Positions 23,403 through 27,958 of a stretch of DNA of 27,958 nt are shown one piece after another. Both the position numbers and the translations under genes were made by a program. The notes under the pieces were generated by a model. It was not told the origin of the DNA. It saw nothing but the letters and a program-made list of their open reading frames with translations, and ran no database searches. The DNA lies in contig CAYITH010000001.1 of assembly GCA_964366295.1 (NCBI GenBank), positions 1 through 27,958 of the forward strand. Reading direction: 5' to 3'. Position 1 is the first letter of the stretch; each line of letters opens with the position of its first letter. The stretch is from Candidatus Woesearchaeota archaeon (GTDB lineage Archaea; Nanobdellota; Nanobdellia; Pacearchaeales; GW2011-AR1).

Positions 23403-23804
23403 TTAATTATTAAGCGATGCCAAAATCTTATCTACCATAGCCCGATTTTTAAAATGGGCGTCTGCACTTAACAATTGGCAGTTTAAAGCAAGTGACAGGG
23501 CTTCTACTGGCTTGTCAGCTTTATGTTTCACTTTAGTTTTTGAAATAAAATCATGATAGTATAATTTATCAAGCCATGTTATTGGCAGGCTGGCAATAAG
23601 AGTGTTTATTTCTGCATCTGAAAAATTAAGTTCCCTTTTTAGAACCCGAGTTATCTCTTCCTTAACAGTATCTGTTGAAAAAAGCATAATTTTATTTTCT
23701 AGAGCCGCTGAAACTATCTTGCCTGCTTTGCTATTTATATCATAAACGGCCATAAAAATAACATTAGTATCTATAACTATCTTAATAATTTCAGAACCAT
23801 TCAT
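23403..23804 (-). CDS. PIN-domain protein (putative toxin)
   Basis: KIVIDTNVIFMA, TVKEEI, D....ALSL....LLSADAHF. ATG 23804 overlaps the antitoxin stop by 14 nt. Confidence 0.82.
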   Translation of the reverse strand: MNGSEIIKIVIDTNVIFMAVYDINSKAGKIVSAALENKIMLFSTDTVKEEITRVLKRELNFSDAEINTLIASLPITWLDKLYYHDFISKTKVKHKADKPVEALSLALNCQLLSADAHFKNRAMVDKILASLNN

Positions 23805-24030
23805 CTGCAATTTCTTCCCTTATTTTTCTTGAGCTTTTTAATAAATCATAGAAGCCGAGATTTTTTTCTGACATTTTTCTCTTCAGCAAACCTCCTGCTT
23901 CAAGAAGTTTTTTTCTTTTATAATCCGATACTAAAATAGATATAAGCGCGGCTATATTTCTTTCTCTTTCCTGCAGTTTTATATTCACAAGCTCTCTATG
24001 TACCTCTTCGGATATCGCAATGGTTTTCAT
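23791..24030 (-). CDS. VapB-like antitoxin
   Basis: MKTIAISEEVHRELVNIK N-terminus, coupled to the PIN gene. Confidence 0.75.
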   Translation of the reverse strand: MKTIAISEEVHRELVNIKLQERERNIAALISILVSDYKRKKLLEAGGLLKRKMSEKNLGFYDLLKSSRKIREEIADEWF

Positions 24031-24064
24031 ATAAATTTATAATTTTACAGATTTATAAATCTTT
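24031..24064 (-). promoter_or_regulatory. BRE/TATA promoter; probably leaderless
   Basis: Minus strand reads AAAGA-TTTATAAA-N21-ATG, the same spacing as at 23339. Confidence 0.55.
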
Positions 24065-24081
24065 CTGTCCCTTAAACTTTT

Positions 24082-27000
24082 TTAATACACCTTCGCCTTG
24101 GCGATGCATGAACTTGGCTCGTTGTTCCAGATGTCACGGCATTTTATGTAGTATGTAAATTCAGAGTCTGCTGAAGTTGTATGTTCTATGGAAAGACCAG
24201 ACATTTTTGTGCCATTGGCAAAGTTGAAATTGCAGACACTTGTTGAAAAGGCGCATTCTGAATTTTCATCTGTTGAAATGTAAAGAGCGCTTCCACTTTG
24301 ATAGATTCTTGTTAGTTTTGGCGGAGTTGTGTCAAGCTCTATGGTGAATTGCGTTGAACGCTCAGCGGTGTTGCCTGCTGTGTCTGTGCATTTAACTGCG
24401 ACATTATGAGTTCCTCGGAAAAGGCTTAGACTGCCTTGCGTGTGAGTTGTTCCAGCTGTGGTGAAAAATGAGGCGAATAGCAAATTATTAAGTTTGTATT
24501 CGCAGAGCGCGTTGCCGTTGTCAATTCCGCCTGTTGTTGCTGCGCTGATTGTGACAGTAATTGGCTCTATGCCGTTGACTATTTTGCTTCCATCTGCGGG
24601 AGTGAGAGAGGTAATGTTAAGTATAGATTGAGTTCTTGTTAAGTCATATTTCTGGCTTTGCGTGTTTGCATTTCTCTTTGTCGCGTCTGTTTCCCACGGC
24701 ATATCAAGACAGCGGAAATAAACCGCGTTTTTGTCTCTTAACCCTGTTAAAACTCCCTCGCATCTGAAGCCGAAAATTGTTTGGTCTGCAAGAGATTGGT
24801 GGCATTGCATTGAGTTTTCCATTTCTCCGAAGGATTTGTCTGTTAGACTCCAACGGCAATCTGAAGGCTCGTTTGTGTGCATTTGAATGTTCATCTGTTC
24901 GGAATTAAAGGCAAGTTTTCCAACAGCTGGAGAGAAAGATTTTATTAATGGCGCTGTGCGGTCTGGCTCTGGATTGATGCATGCTTTTATTGAGTATTCG
25001 TTTGTGTTTACATTATTATTTGGGTCTTTGCAACGGACAAAGAATCTTAAATCCTGCACTTGCCTCTGGATTTCGCTTATTCCTGTTTCTGTTTCATGGG
25101 CGAGCGATTCAAGACTTGGAAGTGAGAGTTTAATAGTATGCTCTTTTCCCAAAATTCCTGTGTCAAAATCAATTTCCATTTCCTCAAAAGTGTCTTTGTG
25201 CTCTGTGTCTGCTAAGCATTGCGATGGCTCGTTTGTTTTTACGCCGAGCGTGAAGTCTGTGAATGGGTTAAGGCATTTTTCTATTTCATAGCCGTTTTCA
25301 ATAGTTTTTATCTGCACGCCTGAAGAAACTAATGGAGAAATTACAGGAGGAGATACATCATTAGGGCTAATGTCAACACACTCTTCTTTTCCTGTGCCTT
25401 CATTTATAAGGCGGCATGTTTGGCCAAGAGACTGGCAACGATAAGGCGAGCAAGTTTTGAAGCCTTTTATGAGAGAGCTGTCAGTGCATTTCGAACATTG
25501 CGAACCGCCTGGAGCGGGAAGCCATGCATTGCAAGTAAATGAGACAGTGCGTTCTTTTGTTTCACCGACACCGACAAGTTTCAGTATGCCTGCGAAGACT
25601 GCTACTAATGCTACAACTATTAAGGCTGCGGGGCCGAATGATATTGCTAAGGGTGCGTTGCTACCTACGGCTGCAAATCCTGCACTTACTCCACCTGCTG
25701 CTCCTACTACTCCACCAAAAACTAAAACAGCAGTAGATGCATCTCCTTGTAAGCCGAAGAGTTTTATGAAAATTGTTGCGGACAACATTCCTATAGCAAA
25801 AACTGCGGCTCCATTTGCATAAGCTCCGAGACTAGTGCCTAAAGTAGTGGGTAAAAAAGAGGGGGCAATTTCAGCAGTACCGGCTAATGTTCCTTTTAAA
25901 AGTGCAAAAACGGCTGAAAGACTTTTTCCAGCTATTGCGGCTGCGACAACAGAAGTACCTGCTAATCCTATCGCAGCCATGCTCATTGAATCAACGATAT
26001 CTGAATTAGAGAGGTCAGCTTGGCCTGTGTTTGGATTTGTGGGAAGGCCCATTGCTAAAAGAGTTTCATTTAAACTTTGGGCTTGAATAAATTTATTTTT
26101 TTCTGGAATAGCATCTTCTCTATAATCTGCAATTTCGTCTGCGCTCAAGTCTTGGAAACCCCAGCCAGCAATGCGGTAGTTTTTCTCAAACTTGCCGAGA
26201 ATGTTTGCTTTTCCACCGCAGTCGCCTAACGAGGTGCAAACTTTATTCATCTCTGTTGCGAGGCGAGCCATGCAGCCGCAATTTGCTTTGCATTTCCATT
26301 TTCCTAAAATGCTTTTTTGATAGGTCATCTTGCAGGTTGTTGTGGCTTGAGAGCATTGGGTGTCTGCAACACTTGCGAATTCTGGAGTTGAGGTGTCAAA
26401 GCCAGGCGGATACTTAGGAAGGCATAAAGTGAATTTGTAAGGCGGGATGTCATCGTCTGGGTGTCCGCTGTCAATGAGTGTATTGCGTATATAACAATCA
26501 GAGATTTTATCGCAATCATCTTTAAACTCATCTAATACTCCTGGAGAAGTCATATATCGGTTTTGAAACTGGGAATTGACATTAAAACATTCCTGCCAGC
26601 GATTAATACGGCATGAAGCTGATGAAACTTTTTTACCGGCGCCTACCTCTGCATCTGACTGGACGCAAATTTGTTGGCGGTAATCAGAACAACCTTCTGT
26701 AAGAACCTCGCCGTCAATACAGCTGCGGCGCCAGTGCCTGCTGCCTACTACATCTTCTCCATCGCCTAACTTGCTGTCATAAACGCACCATGATTCTCCA
26801 TTTTTTCTTTTTTTTCCGGCCTCATCAACACATTCTGTTGAAATGCATTGCGCTTCGCCAGAAGTTTCTGAACAACGACTGCTTAAAAAATGGTCACAAT
26901 TTCCGCAAGTTTTGCCAATGTTTAGCTGGCTAGGATTGCACGACTGTGCTGGTGACAAGACTCGACCGTTATTCCAACTTTGAAGAGTATTAGAACTGAA

Positions 27001-27783
27001 TATATTTTCCCGATTTCCGCAAGAATCAAACCAGTAAACTTTGTCTTCTCCTTCAACACATGCTTTTTTTACTTGTTTCTGGCAGTTGGTATTAAGCTCT
27101 GGAGCAGAGCATAAAAATCCGTCTTTGAATGATTGAGTATTACCTGTCTGCTGAAGGCATTCTTGCTGTGTTAAAAATTTGCACCCGAGCTCGTTGTTTG
27201 GGCCCGGAATTAAACAAGCGCCTTGCCTTCGTTCTTCTGACAGCAATACACAATCTACCTCATTTCGAATATTCTGGCGAAAATCTTTTTGCATTGCAGT
27301 ATTGCGTGCAAGGTTTTCACAGGCTTTTTCTGTAACAAATGCGGTGTTTTTTCCGAGAATACAACAACCTCTTGCGCAGGCGTCAATGTTGCACTCTGCG
27401 TTTGAACTCCAGATGCCTGCTGGCGATGGGCAAACTGCTTTTGGAGTGTTTGGAGTGCAAGTGCCTTCTGCGCTATTCTGGCAGCATCCAACTCTGCATT
27501 CTGCAAAAGAGCTTCTTGGCCCCGGAAAGCAGGGAGTTTTGCAATTATTGGCGCATTCGCTTGAGGGATATTCCTGACAAGAAACGCCTTGCTTGTTCTC
27601 ACTGCAGGTATAAGTTGGTTGGGCGGCTTGTGCTGAAACTATCGGCGTTGAATAAGAGGCAATAATAAATGCGAAGGCAAAATTTGAAATGAAAAATGTC
27701 AGTATTTCAAAGATGGAAATTGCTTTTCTTGATATAAGGGAAGTGTCCCTTATCAACCCTCTAATTGAGCTATTATTTTTCAT
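24082..27783 (-). CDS. Giant Cys-rich surface/membrane protein B (1233 aa), paralog of A
   Basis: RKA|ISIFEILTFF N-terminus. Shares GESWCVYD, GSRHW, DSCGN, C.PY.CQSLGQ.C.LIN.GTG and TNEP..C motifs with protein A, in the same order. Confidence 0.9.
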   Translation of the reverse strand: MKNNSSIRGLIRDTSLISRKAISIFEILTFFISNFAFAFIIASYSTPIVSAQAAQPTYTCSENKQGVSCQEYPSSECANNCKTPCFPGPRSSFAECRVGCCQNSAEGTCTPNTPKAVCPSPAGIWSSNAECNIDACARGCCILGKNTAFVTEKACENLARNTAMQKDFRQNIRNEVDCVLLSEERRQGACLIPGPNNELGCKFLTQQECLQQTGNTQSFKDGFLCSAPELNTNCQKQVKKACVEGEDKVYWFDSCGNRENIFSSNTLQSWNNGRVLSPAQSCNPSQLNIGKTCGNCDHFLSSRCSETSGEAQCISTECVDEAGKKRKNGESWCVYDSKLGDGEDVVGSRHWRRSCIDGEVLTEGCSDYRQQICVQSDAEVGAGKKVSSASCRINRWQECFNVNSQFQNRYMTSPGVLDEFKDDCDKISDCYIRNTLIDSGHPDDDIPPYKFTLCLPKYPPGFDTSTPEFASVADTQCSQATTTCKMTYQKSILGKWKCKANCGCMARLATEMNKVCTSLGDCGGKANILGKFEKNYRIAGWGFQDLSADEIADYREDAIPEKNKFIQAQSLNETLLAMGLPTNPNTGQADLSNSDIVDSMSMAAIGLAGTSVVAAAIAGKSLSAVFALLKGTLAGTAEIAPSFLPTTLGTSLGAYANGAAVFAIGMLSATIFIKLFGLQGDASTAVLVFGGVVGAAGGVSAGFAAVGSNAPLAISFGPAALIVVALVAVFAGILKLVGVGETKERTVSFTCNAWLPAPGGSQCSKCTDSSLIKGFKTCSPYRCQSLGQTCRLINEGTGKEECVDISPNDVSPPVISPLVSSGVQIKTIENGYEIEKCLNPFTDFTLGVKTNEPSQCLADTEHKDTFEEMEIDFDTGILGKEHTIKLSLPSLESLAHETETGISEIQRQVQDLRFFVRCKDPNNNVNTNEYSIKACINPEPDRTAPLIKSFSPAVGKLAFNSEQMNIQMHTNEPSDCRWSLTDKSFGEMENSMQCHQSLADQTIFGFRCEGVLTGLRDKNAVYFRCLDMPWETDATKRNANTQSQKYDLTRTQSILNITSLTPADGSKIVNGIEPITVTISAATTGGIDNGNALCEYKLNNLLFASFFTTAGTTHTQGSLSLFRGTHNVAVKCTDTAGNTAERSTQFTIELDTTPPKLTRIYQSGSALYISTDENSECAFSTSVCNFNFANGTKMSGLSIEHTTSADSEFTYYIKCRDIWNNEPSSCIAKAKVY

Positions 27784-27875
27784 GTTAGATAAACTGAAAA
27801 TCGATTTAATTGAAAATCTAAAGACAATAGATAATGTGAAGGCATACTTGATATTATATGGGGTAAAGTTTTTAT

Positions 27876-27958
27876 TTCAAAATTTGGGTTTAATACCCCG
27901 CAGCTTGCTGCGAATTTTGAAAGACTGAAAATGCTGGTTGTCGAAGACAAAAAAATTT
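27876..27958 (+). mobile_element. Non-autonomous palindromic element, copy 3 (cut by the window end)
   Basis: Near-identical to copy 2, with TTTAT at 27871-27875. Confidence 0.75.

Noticed and set aside
1-24030. Integrated virus or plasmid to explain the accessory genes
   Set aside because: No integrase, replication, capsid or packaging genes and no att-like flanking repeats. Accessory genes are interspersed singly among housekeeping genes.
17721-27665. Many 65-145 aa plus-strand ORFs inside the two giant genes
   Set aside because: Antisense or alternate-frame shadows with no recognisable motifs.
17321-27783. Diversity-generating retroelement as the source of paralog variability
   Set aside because: No reverse transcriptase gene and no TR/VR pair with adenine-specific differences. 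The one shared 68-nt tract is N-terminal and its mismatches are not A-restricted.
12714-27958. The triplicated repeat as a CRISPR array or tRNA-derived sequence
   Set aside because: Copies are kilobases apart, with no repeat-spacer periodicity, no cas genes and no tRNA cloverleaf or T-loop motif.

Overview
A compact archaeal chromosomal segment. Archaeal markers are aRF1, Sec61-beta, NAC, EndoQ and BRE/TATA-type promoters about 20-30 nt ahead of start codons. Gene content suggests a DPANN lineage such as Pacearchaeota/Woesearchaeota (inference). Housekeeping genes (5'-truncated aRF1 with a mini-intein at GGQ, EndoQ, DHH phosphoesterase, topA, valS, nth, secG/Sec61-beta, nac) alternate with AT-rich accessory genes. 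These include five intact type II toxin-antitoxin pairs, a deletion-fused VapBC remnant, a nucleotidyltransferase/small-protein pair, an orphan receiver domain and an XRE-HTH/sigma70-region-4 fusion. The last ~10 kb hold two giant paralogous Cys-rich surface proteins (1366 and 1233 aa) with prepilin-like N-termini and Gly/Ala-rich hydrophobic cores, plus a pilin-like gene. The strongest unannotated signal is a ~140-bp non-coding element in three copies (12714-12857, 16058-16198, 27876-end). It has six stems with compensatory changes, TTTAT at its borders and AATA ahead of both main hairpins, matching the IS200/IS605 (Y1/HUH) guide-cleavage rule. Removing copy 2 restores a TAA-A-ATG gene junction. 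No tRNA, rRNA, CRISPR array or transposase gene was seen.
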